Numbered from the stretch's first letter, positions 48,743 to 62,669 are shown. The stretch is DNA of 64,000 bases from Penicillus capitatus (GCA_965649825.1 OZ287697.1:707635-771634), one strand, 5' to 3'. The notes: generated by a model not told the origin, from the sequence alone. Numbers and translations are program-made.

Positions 48743-49530
48743 CTGTAAGGCTCGGATGCGAGAGAAACAAGACGGTAACTATTAGAAAAGATTTTTGTCC
48801 CGGAGCATCACCCAGATGGGCGTCGCGCGGCCGAACACGATCTGTGTAGCCACGCGGCGCCCATCTGGCGGATAGACTGTAGACAAAAATCAGGTGCATC
48901 TCGAAACCGGTTCTGGTTTCGAGAGACCTGAGTAAGGAGTGACAATGAATGCTTAATCGACGCCGCGTCGAGCGCCGCTTTAGCCGCGGTCGAGGGGCAG
49001 AAACCGCTAACGCGACATCAGTCAACGCCGCGGAATGCCGCGGTGTCGCGTCCGATCCTGGATGCAGACACATAGAGAGAATTCTGACGAACGAACTTTC
49101 GAATGGTCGAAGCCTTGGAGAACCTCGTCCTTCTTCGGCGCGAACCTGTGGAAGAGAATTGTGTCAACAAAGACGCCACTTTAGCTAAGCGTCGACAGTA
49201 TAGATTGGACCGTACCTAAAGAAGGCTGTCGTGCGTATGCACCTCAAAAATTTGCACATTCTTGGAGAAGACAGGAATTGTAGAGATGGGCATGGCGTCG
49301 CGCGTTTTATATTCGTTTTTTCAGCCGAGGTGATAGCTGGAACAAATTCGAGCTTTGCTTGGTCAATCAGAACGCTCCATTCCCTCCACGACAGTCTGAC
49401 GTCTGCCAAAAATGGGTCAAACGTCACTTCACGCCGGTCAAGTCAGCATGTCGTGTCACACTCTGTTTTCTCGAGTTTGTGAACCTTTTGCCTTTCAGGG
49501 TGAGATAGGTAGAGCTCAACGCAACGGCGA
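48743..49530. repeat. Multi-hairpin dispersed element, copy 2
   Basis: Same orientation and motif order as 24263-25110. Only one, partly decayed, CCGCGTCGAGCG hairpin. Near-identical block CAATCAGAACGCTCCATTCC.TCCACGACAGTCTGACGTC. Confidence 0.85.
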
Positions 49531-50136
49531 CAGATAGTTCAGTTGTTGAGACAGAAGAGACAGACTTTGATAAATCGCCAATTTGATAACGATGAAAACG
49601 AAGAAACCACAATTAATGCGAAGCGAGAGTACAGAAATTCTTGAGGAAGTCAAGAAATACCACGTGATGAGCCCTATTGATATGGTTCGAGATGTACAGC
49701 CAATCAGTTCCATCTCTAGCATATTATTTCTTCCAGGTTTATTCCATCGGCGCGACACAGATCTCAGTAAAACGCGTGTCTCTGTTTTGGGTTGTTGACT
49801 CCAAATAGACGGAACTGTTCAGGAATAGAGCATTTCAATGACAAAGTCCGCATCAAACGAAGAGATGAATTGTTTCAACGAAGGGAAGTTGATGTGGAGA
49901 AATGCGTTGACAAAAAAACAACACTAGTGGCAGAGACGGGGGAGGAAACAAATTTTTTGAACAACATCCGAGAGGAAGGGACAGGTTCTTCGTAACAGTG
50001 TTCTCTGTTGTTTTCCGATTAAGACCACTTGTCGTTGATTGATTGAATCATTATAACCAGCACGCGCCTCTTTAAACAACGTTTGTTTTCAATAGGTGTT
50101 AATCATTCTTACTCAGAGAGAACTACAAAACTGCGG

Positions 50137-51467
50137 TGGACAAGTAAATCAAACCAAGGTAAAGTGTCGCACGATAACACTCAGCAGTTTTGCATTCTTT
50201 AAACGGAAAGACAAAGACAAGTCCGACATTCGGCGCCACTTCCGGGAATGGTGATTGCTTTTTCAGAACATAGACAAGGTCTTATAGACCGGTAGAACAA
50301 TGGATTCCCGGCAGAACAAATTAGCGCAGAGCAAACTAAAAAACCAGCCAAGAACTGAATGTTATCATCGACAGCCAGAAAACAGATTGAATGGGTTCAT
50401 CTGTTTGTGTAGAATGGCGCCTCCGGACATTCTTCGCGAGTGCGAATCGGAACCACGTTGCAGCCACATCCATCCAAAGAGGTGTCGTACCCTTCGTCGG
50501 TACAGCACCTCTCCAGGTTGGCCCCATTCCAATTCCATCTGGCACAGAAGACAGTCGTCATGGAGCATTCTTTGGTGGAGGTCAACCTGTCTGGGGCAGA
50601 ACCGATGAACTTGTCTTCGGGATCGAGCGCCCTCACTGCACACCCGAAATCGCACCAGGTATCCTTGTAGTGCTCTGCGCCGTTCCAACAGCCGGAATCC
50701 GGCCATCCGGCCTTGCCCCAGTGCAGACGACTAGGTGAACAGGCTTCGTCGTCCACGAGGTAAGCAATAAGCTGTTTGAACGGCAAATTGCTGGATCTCG
50801 GTCTAGAAAGCACAGCAACGTCAAAGAGAGTCGGTATCCGAGCTGATCACCCACTCGCGGTTGTAGTAAACGTAGTCCGTAACTTGAAACCAGACGTAGG
50901 CTCGGTCGTGTGAAGCCGACAGCAATGCGCTCTCTTTTCCGACGAATCTGATAAGCAGAGGTAGTCGCAAAAATGTCCCGGCTGACAGATCCTCGGCGAG
51001 ATTCAGAAGGCCGTCTATACACTCTGCTGCTTTCTCCAACGGCACACCGATTTCGTATTGGTCACCAGATCCCGGCTCATTCACACCCTCTGCAGGAGTT
51101 AGTAACTCCACTTCATGTGTTTCTCCGGTGACGTTTCCAAACAGAAACGATAACGCAGCCGGAAAAGAATCGACATTGGATGCTGTCAAATCCGGATCGC
51201 TTAAATTCAGATTTGGAGGAATCGGATCGGGGACGGTCCATTCGATACCATCAACAACGTCGGAGCGGGAGTCGCAGAAGTGTCCGACATTGGCATTGTT
51301 GCTATACTTCAGGTTTGCACCAAGAGGAGTAGCTTCAAAATCCTCCACGCGAAAGTTGCATGTCATCTTCTCATCGCCTTCTTCAGCATCTAAATTTTGG
51401 AGTGTCACGCGCGTAAACTGCAGCTCCATCTTTAGCGGTATTCAGACGCGGGAATTTCTTACTGTGG
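50137..51467. repeat. Segmental duplication copy A (3' half of the oxidase gene plus about 260 nt of downstream flank)
   Basis: Highly similar to 62670-64000, including non-coding flank and introns. Offset about 12.5 kb. Confidence 0.95.
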
Positions 51468-52441
51468 TGTTTTCAGGGAACGTGATGAAATACGTGACAC
51501 CTGCTATCCACCCAGGGATCGCGCCACCCGAAGCGTAAGCTGATTGAATCTCTCGGATTTCCGAGAAAAAGTCCTCGCGGACAGTCGACTGCGTCATGGT
51601 CCTCTTGACCAGCGTCTCGCGAACGATCCGCATCTTCACATCGGTCACAACTCCGAGGCGTCCGACGCTGACCTGGAACGCCCTGAAGTACAGCGGATGT
51701 CGATCTGGGTAGATCTCCGTCAGCGTTCCGTTGGCCAGCACCACCCTGAAGCCGATCACCTGGTGTGAGAGCGAGTTGTCTACCAAACTGCTGCCGTGTG
51801 TATTGGTCGCAATGGCCCCTCCGATCGTCTGATTGACATAGATTGGGGCTTTTGCCAGAGCGTAACCTGGAAGCATCTTTCTCGTTCTCGAGGGAAGACG
51901 CGTGGACTGAAAGCACCTCTAGGCGAGGCATCTGTGACGTAGTCTCCGAGGAAGCTCATCAGATCCCAGATGATCGCTCCCGCGGAAACCCACACGGACA
52001 TCTCCTCTTCGTCCACATGGATCTTGAGAGGCCGGATGCTGGTCATGACGATGTTGGCCGCCGTTTCTCCCTCTTCGAATGCAGCATCGGCGCAAAAGAA
52101 ACCCTGGCGCAAACGCACACGTGTCAGGCAGATGGGTTTGCGGTGGATGGCAGTGGCGCTACTCTGTTGAAGGAGTGGCCAACGCCGACTGCAGCGACGC
52201 GATTGTAGCGCTCCACCGCTTTCTGCACGTCGGCGACTTTCCTCGGCCTGTGTCAGCGGTGACGTGTCAGTGCAGAGAAAAGACTTCATTGAAGACGAGC
52301 CCACCTGACGAGGCGGACTCTGGTGTCGCACACGTATTCGTTGGAATAGTTGCTCAGGTCGTCCGGTAGTCTGCAATTCGCCGAGCGGAGGACGCAAAGC
52401 AGCGTGAGCCAAACTGCAATTGTTCGGCAGGCCGCGGACAT
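50397..52441 (-). CDS. Secreted FAD-linked oxidase of the ALO/L-gulonolactone oxidase family with Cys-rich C-terminal tail, copy 1
   Basis: Signal peptide MSAACRTIAVWLTLLCVLRSANC; AVGVGHSF (flavinylation His); VWVSAGAIIWDL; QTIGGAIATNTHGS; VSVGRLGVV; LPLLIRFV; RLHWGK. Confidence 0.9.
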
Positions 52442-53482
52442 CTCGCCTGGAGAAATTCGTTGTTTGGCGAGAACTGGTTCGTGTTCAAACGATCGCTTCA
52501 GAAGTTTCGAGTCGAGAGCCCAAATTCAGCTGCAGAGCAGAAACGCAAACACGGGAGAACGTTGCAGCGCTAAAACGGCGGTGCTGGATTCACGACGTCT
52601 TCTTGCCGGACAGCGCGGCATTTCAGGCTAGTTCCTAAAAACCACGTGTGTGTCAGAATGCACCTTCAGACCTCAACATGGACGTCATGCAGAAAACTGT
52701 CCGTTGGCAGTCGATAAGCACGGCTGAGTGCGAAGGTTTGCCGCGACGACCAGACGTTGAAACTCTTTTTGACTCGGAAAACTGAGGGTGGGTGTTGCAT
52801 CCTATTCTGGCCACGTACGCGCCAAACAATCACAGCCGAATCCTACTGAGTTTATCAACAGAGCAAGGCGTATGTGATCGATCGGCCGCGCACGTTTCGC
52901 AAATGAGCCATCGTTGAGAATTAAGTGATCTGGCTTCCACTTTGCATCACACTTCTAACAACTGATTTCTCATGGCCATCGAGAAGCAGAGTTGGTCCTT
53001 GGTCCTTGCGATGATAAACACGACTTGCCATTCTTCGTTCGCTGAAGTCGGGCCTTGTATTGATTCTAAAAACTCAAACGGTTCATCAATAACGATGATC
53101 TCGGTGACGTTTGAGAGAAACTTCTTCCTAACCTTCCGATTGCAGCACATCTATGACAGGGTGCCAAAAAACATGCTGTCCAAACACGATATCGTCGACA
53201 GTCCTCAGTTCCGATGCAGATACAGCGATGGCATTATTAGAACACGGCAATTGATGTGCTGAATGTTGATGATCAAGGGCGGGCCTCCGATCGACGTGGA
53301 CAGCTTTCTTTAAAACTCATAACTAAGATGAGACATTACATTAAGTTCTCTTTAGAAGACAATTTCAGTTACTTATCAAGACATCAAGTTCTAGACACGG
53401 GTGTGGATATAAGTCAAAGAATGCACAATAGAAGCTCATTTGGCTCAATTTTTAGGCAACTATAAAGACGTGCAAAGTAAGC

Positions 53483-56400
53483 TCATTTGGCTGAATTTTC
53501 AGGCATCTCTATCAGCCTGTGTGATGGTGCTTTGTCTCCTGCGTTGTCAAATCTGCCATTCTTTCCCTGAAAGAATCTTCCAAATGCTCTCTGAAAAACC
53601 TCCACTACTTTGTGGCGAGTTCCTGCAATAATCACATCCCAGAGCCTTCCACATCCACAGTCCACCCCCTCAATCTGCAACTCCATCTTTAACTGATCGA
53701 GCTTGACTTTTCCCATGAAACAAACAAGAAAGGCAAAGAAGACGACGTTGCTCGTGAGCAAGACGGCTGCCGACGTATACTCGGCAGGAGCAGATGAAAT
53801 TGTGGAACTGTTGAGAATCATGGCTGCTAAGAATGTAAGCACACTGATCGTCAGAGACATGCTCTCGATCTTGTTGAGCTCTAATTCGTTTCTGTATGGA
53901 TTGAACGTCGTTTGAAGGAACAGAGAGAGCACAAGGAGGACAACAGCTAACAATCCCTGCAAATCTTCTCCCAGCTCATAAGCGAAGACCACAATCGCCG
54001 AGAGAATTGCCTTCCTTACAAGGATGGTCGCATCCCAGAAAACGAACCGTTCTTCGAAACCAGCGAAGAGGAAGCCCATTGTCTCCTTGGTCCAGCCGGA
54101 AGAGAGTGTTCCTTTTCGGTAACTGTTGATCAGCGCCACTGCAAAGACCATCGGAAAGACCACGGCAAACAGAATCAGCGGTAAGGAAAGGCAAACCACA
54201 AGGAGCAGATGTTCTCTCTCATAGCATCTAATAGATGTATCCAGTGCCCAATAGAGTTGAAGGGAATCATCCTCTTCCAGATTCGCACCATCATGCACTG
54301 GAACGCATGTAAAGGTGTCTACTGCAGTCATGGCGAGTGACAGATAGGCGTTGTAGAGCACGACCACAGAGATCAGAAGTATTCTCTTCAGGAGATCCAG
54401 TGCCTTCCTCCGCTTCACCAAGCAATTGAAGACCGAAGGAAAAGCGATTAAGAGGATGATGATGACTGGTTGCAGAGCGACGAAAATCTGACGAAGGATT
54501 GTCCGCGGAATCATCAAGTCAACAGGAAGGAGGCAGTCGAGAGCAAAGGTGGATGCCAAAATGATCGAGCTTCCCACTACGTCTGTCAAGGCACAAGCAT
54601 CACAGTAAGCATCGAGAGTTAGAGAGATACCCCATATCTTGAAGAAAAGAGGGACGGGACGAATCCAAGAAACAGCCAGGGAACCCACCGCTGCAATGGT
54701 CTGCAGATAATTCACCGTTATCTACAGCGCCCCTACTCATTGATCAAGAAGAGAAAGAAGTGACTCGTGCCTTCAGCAGTTCCTGAAACTTCAATCTGGC
54801 CTTGATTACTTCGAAGACAGATATCTGATCGGAACGCTCTGGGCTCTGGATCTTGCTGGCCAAAACTGCTGGTATCGTCGCTTGGGGGCTTAAGCTCTCG
54901 CATCGTTCAAGGTCGAGCATGGATGGTCCTGGATGCTTGGTCGGCAGCCAGGATCGCCTAGCAGAGACGGTATCAAGCACGTCACAATTAGACGCACCCT
55001 TGATCTGAAAGAATGCCAAAATCAGTTGAAACAGCACGGTCGCCGTAATAACTAAGCCAGCAGTAGCCTTTCCCAAGCACTGGTTGCAGCTGGCGATTCC
55101 TAATCGACCGGCTGTGTCTGTGCAAGACCCGCAGATGACTCCCTCATATCCATCGGCGCATTGACTGGCTTGGTAATCTGCTATCGCTTCATCGGTGAAG
55201 TTACAGGTCGGCGGCATGTCGGCAACAGATTCATTTGTGCTGGCATCGGGGTGATAACAAGCCTCTTCATTCAGACACTGTTCGACGTGTTCTGAACAGA
55301 GAAACGCATTCCAGTATCCTGATCGCGGCACGATGAATTTGGAAGAACAATTTGCATTGTCGGGACATGTTTTGCAGGTGTTGTGTTTCACGTCGGGGTA
55401 AAAACTGTACTGATTCGATTCGCAGGTCCTGCATTGAACGCCATTTCCTACCGACTCGGGCACCTCGTTGATGTGACATTCCCGCACCCCGACAACAATC
55501 ATCACTTCTCGATCCTCGAAGCCTTCTACATTGACAATTAGCTGGTAGCTATTTGGAACTGGAAACTGGCTGCCAAGCGAGATGTTTGAGATGCCGCTGC
55601 GCAGATCGCCAAGAAGATCATTCGGAATGAAACGGACTGGATAGGCTTCATTGGCAGTGGACGTCAGGATAGCTTTGACTTCCCTGCCGTTCTTTGCATC
55701 AGAAGGAAAGGAAGCAAAAACGAAATCCTGTAATTTGGTGATGGAAGGACTTCCGCCAAAACTGTCGAATGTTTTGATGTGGATTGTAGGAAATGGGTCT
55801 CCACTCTTCCACTCTGACAAATGATATTGATCTCCTTCGTCAATATGCACATGTGTGCCGTTCTCAAAAAACAGTTTGACACAGAAACCTGCCGAAGTTG
55901 TTCCAATGTCTTCTCCGTAGCCGTCCTCGCCCACAACGGCATTGTGTCTTACACGGTGGAGGCGGAATGGCTTGCTGTGTTCGAGCACATGGCAACCAGA
56001 AGTCTTTAACGTCTGCGAGACATTAATTCCATCAACTATAAGAATAGATGCATTGTCGACAAAGATGCCTCCACCGCTCTTCTCTGCCGTGTTCCTCTCG
56101 ATTATTGTTCCCGTCATATGCACGACTGGTCGATTGATGAATGCCAGGTCACTCTGCAGAAACACGGCACCTGGAATGGACAATTTCTCCGCATCATAAT
56201 GTGTCAGGATTTCCAGTCTTACCTCCAAGCGGCGCGTGCTGCATCGCAAAGTAACACTTCTTGATTCTAGGTACAGCTGATCCGTACTGAAGAAGAATAG
56301 AAAGGCCGCCTCCACCCACAGTTGCGGTATTGTGATAAAACTGGTTGGCTTTCAGGATGAATCGTGCACTGCTCTCGACATGAATGCCTCCTCCCATACT

Positions 56401-58487
56401 GGACGAGCATCCAATGAACTCACAGTTCTCTACTCTTGTACCATTTTCAGTGTTGGATAAGAAAACGCTTCCTCCTTTCTCGACAGCGCGATTGTAAAGG
56501 AATGTGTTATTCTCGAGGTTAATCTTTCCTGTGCGACATTCTACAGCTCCGCCGTCTTTGTAAGCCATGTTTCTTTCAAAAACTGACGATTTAACCAGCA
56601 AACGGTCAATATCAACGGCAGAAACAGAACTTCCCGACCGTCCTTCGTTACCCAAAAAACTACAACTGTCTATCACCAACGACTGTGATCCAGTGGCATG
56701 AACAGCTCCTCGGCCTGAGCTGCTCCTGTTATCCTTAAAGTATGATTTTCTGAGAACGACACTATTCGGTCTACGAAAGTCAGACACAACTACTGAGATC
56801 CCACTTCCTCCTCGAACACTGAATACCGAGTTGTTGAGGAAGTTGTTAAGGAAACCGCACTTATCAAACAAGAAATCCCCGCTAAGGTTATACAAAGAAA
56901 TACCCCCTCCGTGTACCAACCCCGTGTTAGACGAAAAACTCGAATCTCGCATGACGAAGTTCGTGATATCACTGTCCTCAATGTTCACTCCTCCACCCCC
57001 TACTCTAGCATTGCTTGAATGAGGTAAGGTGTTCTTATTTTCCATGAAGGAACAATTTTCCCAAACCAGATCTCCTTTCCATCGAGACATAGAAAACGCC
57101 CCTCCTCGGGGAGCAGTGTTGCTGGAAAACGTACAGTTTTTTGATTCAAGAACAAGCGAATCATCTACAGTGGAACTCAAATAGCCGACGACGGCAATCG
57201 CGCCCCCGACTCCTTTTTTGCCTTTTACATGATTTTTGTCGAAATGGCAGGAAGAGAAGGTGAGGTTGCCTGAGTTCAGGGCACGAATACCACCTCCCAT
57301 CTTAATGGCTGTATTATTCGAGAATCCACAAAACGAAAAGTGTACCCGTGGGACATTAGCCAAACGCACGGGGGATCCAATACCGTGACAAACATTCGAA
57401 GTGAACGAGGATTCATTTAGCTTCACAATAGAATCAGATGCCGACAACAATCCATAGGAAAAACTGTTACGACGCAAGACTGCTTGAGAAACCATTAAGT
57501 CTCCGCTGTTAACACTCAGTAAATTGAAAACGCGGTTATTCTCCGCAGAGAGAAAGGAAATTGTCGTTTCAGAACCTTGTGGAAAATGAATCATGCCTTT
57601 ATGGTTACCATTCTCATGTTGACGGTAAACGTTATCACTAAGGTTAATGTGTTGTAGATCATTTATCCGGGCAAGATCCGATTCCCAGTTGCAGGTGTTG
57701 TTATGAAAGGTCACTCTTTTCATGACGACTTTCTGGCAAGCGGGTTCCCTCACATGGATCCCCACAGAACCGGCCATGTTCGTGTTCTGCTGGAAATCGA
57801 CGTTCTCAAGAGAGAGGGTACTGTTCTGGTTGCACGAAGTCGTCTCAATGATCGCACGAATGTTATCATATTCGGAGTAATGACAGTCCCTAATGACCAG
57901 ATTCTTCAGAGTAAATGGGCCATTCCTAACAGACGACAATCAGGAGGTAGTGGTTGTGTATCGGGTCTATGCCTGATAAGAAAGAGTGCTTGTGCGCGTG
58001 GACAGGTTATCGAGGCCTTGAGAGAGGTATCCGAAACCATAGAGTGCCCAACAGTCAGATTCCAATAAATAGAGATTTGCTCTTTCGGCTGCACAACCAC
58101 TGAGGAAGGCAACTCAATAAAGTCCCCAGGTTCAGTACAGTCGACAACGGCCTGAAGACCGACGCCATTTGCCCGTGCGTGTTCGAACGACCACGCTCTT
58201 GTGGAACGGTTAAGAATGTCGTCTTTGAGGTGCGGTTCGATCGAGCAGGGACGTTCTAGATACACAAGACTCAGTCACGAATACGTCGTTTGCAGTGAGA
58301 AGCGGGAAAACGATGTGCAGAAGACAGCAAGCAAGAGAAGGTGCTGGCGGTTGGGGCCGAGGTGACCTGCCACCGTAAGTAACGCAGTACCTGGCCATGA
58401 CGTGCTTTCTCCATGTGCCGTTGCCCACAACAGGAGAAATAAGATTGCAGTTATTGTTTTGCACTCTGCGCGCTCGGCAAATCTCAT
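53483..58487 (-). CDS. Large adhesin-like membrane protein: signal peptide, Pmp-like parallel beta-helix repeats, Cys-rich (GCC2/GCC3-like) repeats, multi-pass TM region
   Basis: FxxN..GGA repeats (FSNNTAIKMGGGI, FSSNTAPRGGAF, FERNMAYKDGGAV); CRTCESNQYS..CKTCPDNANC..PRSGYW; CADGYEGVICGSC; ORF 53483-54715 has about 6-7 hydrophobic helices. About five exons. Confidence 0.85.
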
Positions 58488-61400
58488 GCTTCCCTCTCTT
58501 ATTGACGAGAGGGGCGAATGCAAAACAAGAGTTCACAGTAGAATGCATAATGTCGGTTGCATGGCCTTTTTATACCTTCCGGCCCGCGTGATATATTTTT
58601 GACCAGGAACGTACCAGATACGAAAGGGCCATGAGTCTCATTGACATTTCCCAGAACCAGCGGTTGCCGTTCGTCCGACATGACTGCTTTAGGTATAATG
58701 TAATATTCATTCGTAGGTGCGAGGAAACGGGCATGTATCTCTCTTGACGTTGACGCGATGGATACCATCGAACGAGGATTATTCTCCCTTTGTGGAAATA
58801 CGAGGTCGCTTCTGACATTTCTGTTTCTGAACTTCTAAACGAACATAAAGAAGGGAGATGGAAAGCGGAAACAAACAGAAGACTTTTCTAAGGATATGTA
58901 TGCCAACAGCTGTGCATGGCAATTCCGGAAGTGAAGGGATTCGTCCTTGTGTCAGCTGGTTTCGAAGACAAATGCAGCTAACGTCATCCTCATTTGCATG
59001 CAGCCCTGCTTACAGAACCAAAGATAGCACAGCTGTAGCGCAGGAGTAAGCAGGAGGAATACAGGCGGACGCTTGATGTTCGTCTACGGGGTTCTCTGCT
59101 TGTCTGTTTGTTCTTTTTTTGCGGCTATGTGTTTATTGATTCTATTCCCTGTCAGTCAGACGTTCTCTTGTTTCGGAACCTTCGGCTTACAGTTCACAGT
59201 GAAAGTACAAATGTCGCGTCTGTCGAGATACCGATCGAAAATGCTGTCTATTCAAAAGTCTTCGTATCATCGTTGTTTTCTTTTTTTTGCTGACAGACGC
59301 TTATCGAAACGCGTTTTCTGCATCTGCGTTCAGTGTCAAACTTAACAACACCGAGACACGCATTCCGTGACGTGCCGTGTGCGTTTCTGCCAAAACCGTG
59401 TTGGAAACTTCAGCGAACGCCAACCTCGATGTCCAAGTTCTCTTGTATTCGTAGAAAAAACATAGCATCACATCTCACGCTTTACGATTTTTCTTCGGGA
59501 ACGAAGTCTTTAACAGATCTAAACCGCGACGAAAGAGTTCATTAGACACCCGCACTGGTAATAAAGTGTTTGTCGCGAGCCATCTCTGTCTATGACGATC
59601 TTCCGAGTCTGAGGATCTTTTGTTTTTTGCTCGTCGATGGTTAGTTAAAACTCGACGCGTTGTTCTCCGAAAAATCTTTTGGATCTATATCGGCTTATTA
59701 ATAGGATTGGTCTTCACAAGTCAACAGTATGAATTCTCGACAGTTTGTCGACTAGATGGTGAACTGTGTCTCTGTTGAAGAATGACAAAGATAAAATGAA
59801 AGATGTGTCGATGAACAGCTGTCCACCTTCGTGCAGCTGCCACGGAGACGCGTTGATATGACGTTCGTGTACGTTTGACGCGTACATAATCCGAACTAAT
59901 GAACATTAAGACAGTCTTTGTAACCGATAAGCCTTCGTCGTAATCGCGTCGTTCGCTGACTGCGCGACAAGATGATCTGTTTGATCCGTTGCGTTTTGTC
60001 GATGTCACCGAGCAAATACAGCTTCCACGTTTGGTGGGATTTACGGATCTGATTCTATGTGCTATCAAGTGCAAAGTCAGCAAATGGTCTGGGTGTCGAT
60101 ATTTAAGTTCAAAGCCACTTTACAATCAATCCACGGATTTGAAATACACGCGTAGTTAGAGACCGAAGTCGATCAACCCGTGCCAATAGTAGTTCATACC
60201 TTTTAAAACAGAGGTACAAGGATGGTGAGCTGAACGACTAGACGATTTGTATTTGCTTGCCTATGCCACCGTAAACAGGCCATCCGTTGACGACGGCGAA
60301 GTTGTGTCGGCGAAGAGTATGGTGCACATGACAGACTTTTTCTTGTATGGCTTGAGGTTTGTATCGCGGGACTGTTTTTGCCTTTGCTGGCACCTCACGA
60401 AGACAGTAAGCGGTCCCCTATCGGATCGCATAATCGCTTACACTATCACCTGACGGCCGCGCAGCGAAAACGTGTGTTCGGAGCAAGGTCGTTTCTAGCT
60501 CGGGATGTCCATTATACTCTCGGGCGGTGACAAAACGTTCCTAGGCTGATTGTCACTATCACGCTCTTGCTTTAATAGTGTGAAAGTCAGCACCGAATCA
60601 AACAGACAAAGAGAGAAAATCGCAGAAACGAGTATTACAGTCTGACCGTTTGACCTCCGTTTTAGTATAGCACGAGAATCTCATTTGTTATTGACACCAT
60701 ATTAGATCCCTTCACAATGGCTGGCTGTCATATGATTGGGGTTGTTACATCGTGTTTGCCTCGCTTCCAGAGGTCCTGGTTTCCAAGGAGGGCTCGTAAG
60801 GGGTTCACGGCTTCTCAGAGGTGCTTTTTTCTGAGTCTGAGAATCAACTGACTAGCCTACCTAGTGAAGTCTCGTCACATCTCGCGTATAAATTGGTGAA
60901 TTCGCACATTGAAAGAACTCTGCTCTGTAAAGTTGAAAAGTGCTCCGCCGTCGATCTTCGAAGCGCACCGCGGACGGCGTGACACAGACGAGTCAGCAAC
61001 CCACTAGAACCATAGAAAAGGACCCCTCAGAGGCGGTGGCCCATTCGACACGACAGCCAGCGCCTCGAGAAACACATGCATCCTTTTCTAACAAGACGCT
61101 CCCATCGCCATGGAAATCTTGGCGGTATACACATTTAAACATGCTATTGTCACGAGCCTTACTCGCATGTGATTCCGAATCTTGTAGCATCTTCCGTCGA
61201 CGGTTTGATGCACAATTTGTAAACATCTTAGCAACTCAATCGGTGTCAGTGCCTCGGCGCTCGGACACTCAAAAAACGCGCAAAATGAACGGGGGCGAAG
61301 GTAGAGAGACTACAAAGCCTGTTTTACCATCAATAGTCTGGAATTGAAAGCATTCCTTGGACAGCTGCGTGAAGGTGGACAGCTGTCCCAGTGGCAGAAC

Positions 61401-62669
61401 AGACATCGTAACAAGTTCAATAACTTCCATTTTACCATGCAGAAGTAGCAAAGGCTATGATTCGTTTTCAGCACTGTCACACTAAAATGAAAGATTTCTG
61501 ACCGTAATAAATCTTGTCTATTTGTAAGACGACTTATCAGTTGTTTTCTGTACCGTTTCCCAACAAGTGTTTTGACCAAAAATCATTCTATGTAATCGGC
61601 CAACGCGCGGCAAAGACGGGGTGTGGCGAAGCGTATTAAACAAAGGCCTAGATCGTGCCCGTCTGTCTAATTTATCGTCCAGATTGTCAAAGGAAGGCTT
61701 CACACGTTCACAGAACAAAAAGTTTTTTTATGTATATACGTGCATGTCTTTGTATGCCACAGGTGACATGACACGTTGTGTAAGTGCCCTTTCGGCGACG
61801 GAGATCTGGGAAATCTAGTCAATCACGATGTGACGGTCAAATCCTTTCGACACAGATGCTTTCCCATTTGTGAACGTCGACCTGACGGCCGAGTCTGGAC
61901 CGGATGGCGAGTCGCTTTGGAAAACTCCGTCAGCAATGTATATTTACATAACTAAACAGATACAGCAGAACAGTTCCGTCTAAATAACCAGAATGACGTC
62001 AGTCCTCTTCTCATGCTGTCGTCATGCATGACGAGCCTCCCGTACCGAACGTCACACCATTATCAAATCATCATGCGCATTCCCACATTCTACGTCTGAA
62101 AAAATGCTAATCGTTATACGTGACTGTCGTAGCGCATGTAAAGGACGCAACGCGACAAACGCTTTGTTTAAAGAACAAGTCTGTTTGGTCCATCGCCGAT
62201 AACAGACCCTCCGGATCCAGACGGACGACGGTATATCGGCGATCGAGATGACAGATGACGGCATCTGTTATCTCATCGATAATAAGCTCACAGGCAGTGG
62301 TTACCAACATATTTAAAGCACACACAACTGTAAAATACACAAATTGATTGATCTCAATTCCGAGCCATTCTTATCATCTATTCTCGGTTCTTACCTTAAG
62401 AGAAGTCTTGGGCAAATAAAACTTCCGCTTCGCAAAAGAATGTCAGAACAAGGAAAAATTCGCGTAGAAGAACTCAGCTAAAGGGGAAGATGTGCAGCCA
62501 AACCAAACGCTCCCCGATGCTTGAAGACGAAGATTCGCCAAAAATACTCTGTCGATTACAAATACTTTTATCGTCGATTTGTTAAACCATCACGGCCAAC
62601 TTGCGTCTCTTTTTACATTTCTGTTTTCAACAAGTGCCATTCACTCCTATTTAAAGAGAACTGAAACTC

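Noticed and set aside
49084-49112. Hammerhead-like CTGACGA...CGAAG in element copy 2 and CCGAAAC in copy 1
   Set aside because: No complete CUGANGA/GAAA core with three stems, and the motif is not conserved between copies.
59700-59990. Decayed protein-kinase fragment (EGGQLF...RIHTVDL*RPILL) on the minus strand
   Set aside because: Resemblance to subdomains V-VIb is weak; no HRD, DFG or APE motif. Cannot be supported without a profile search.
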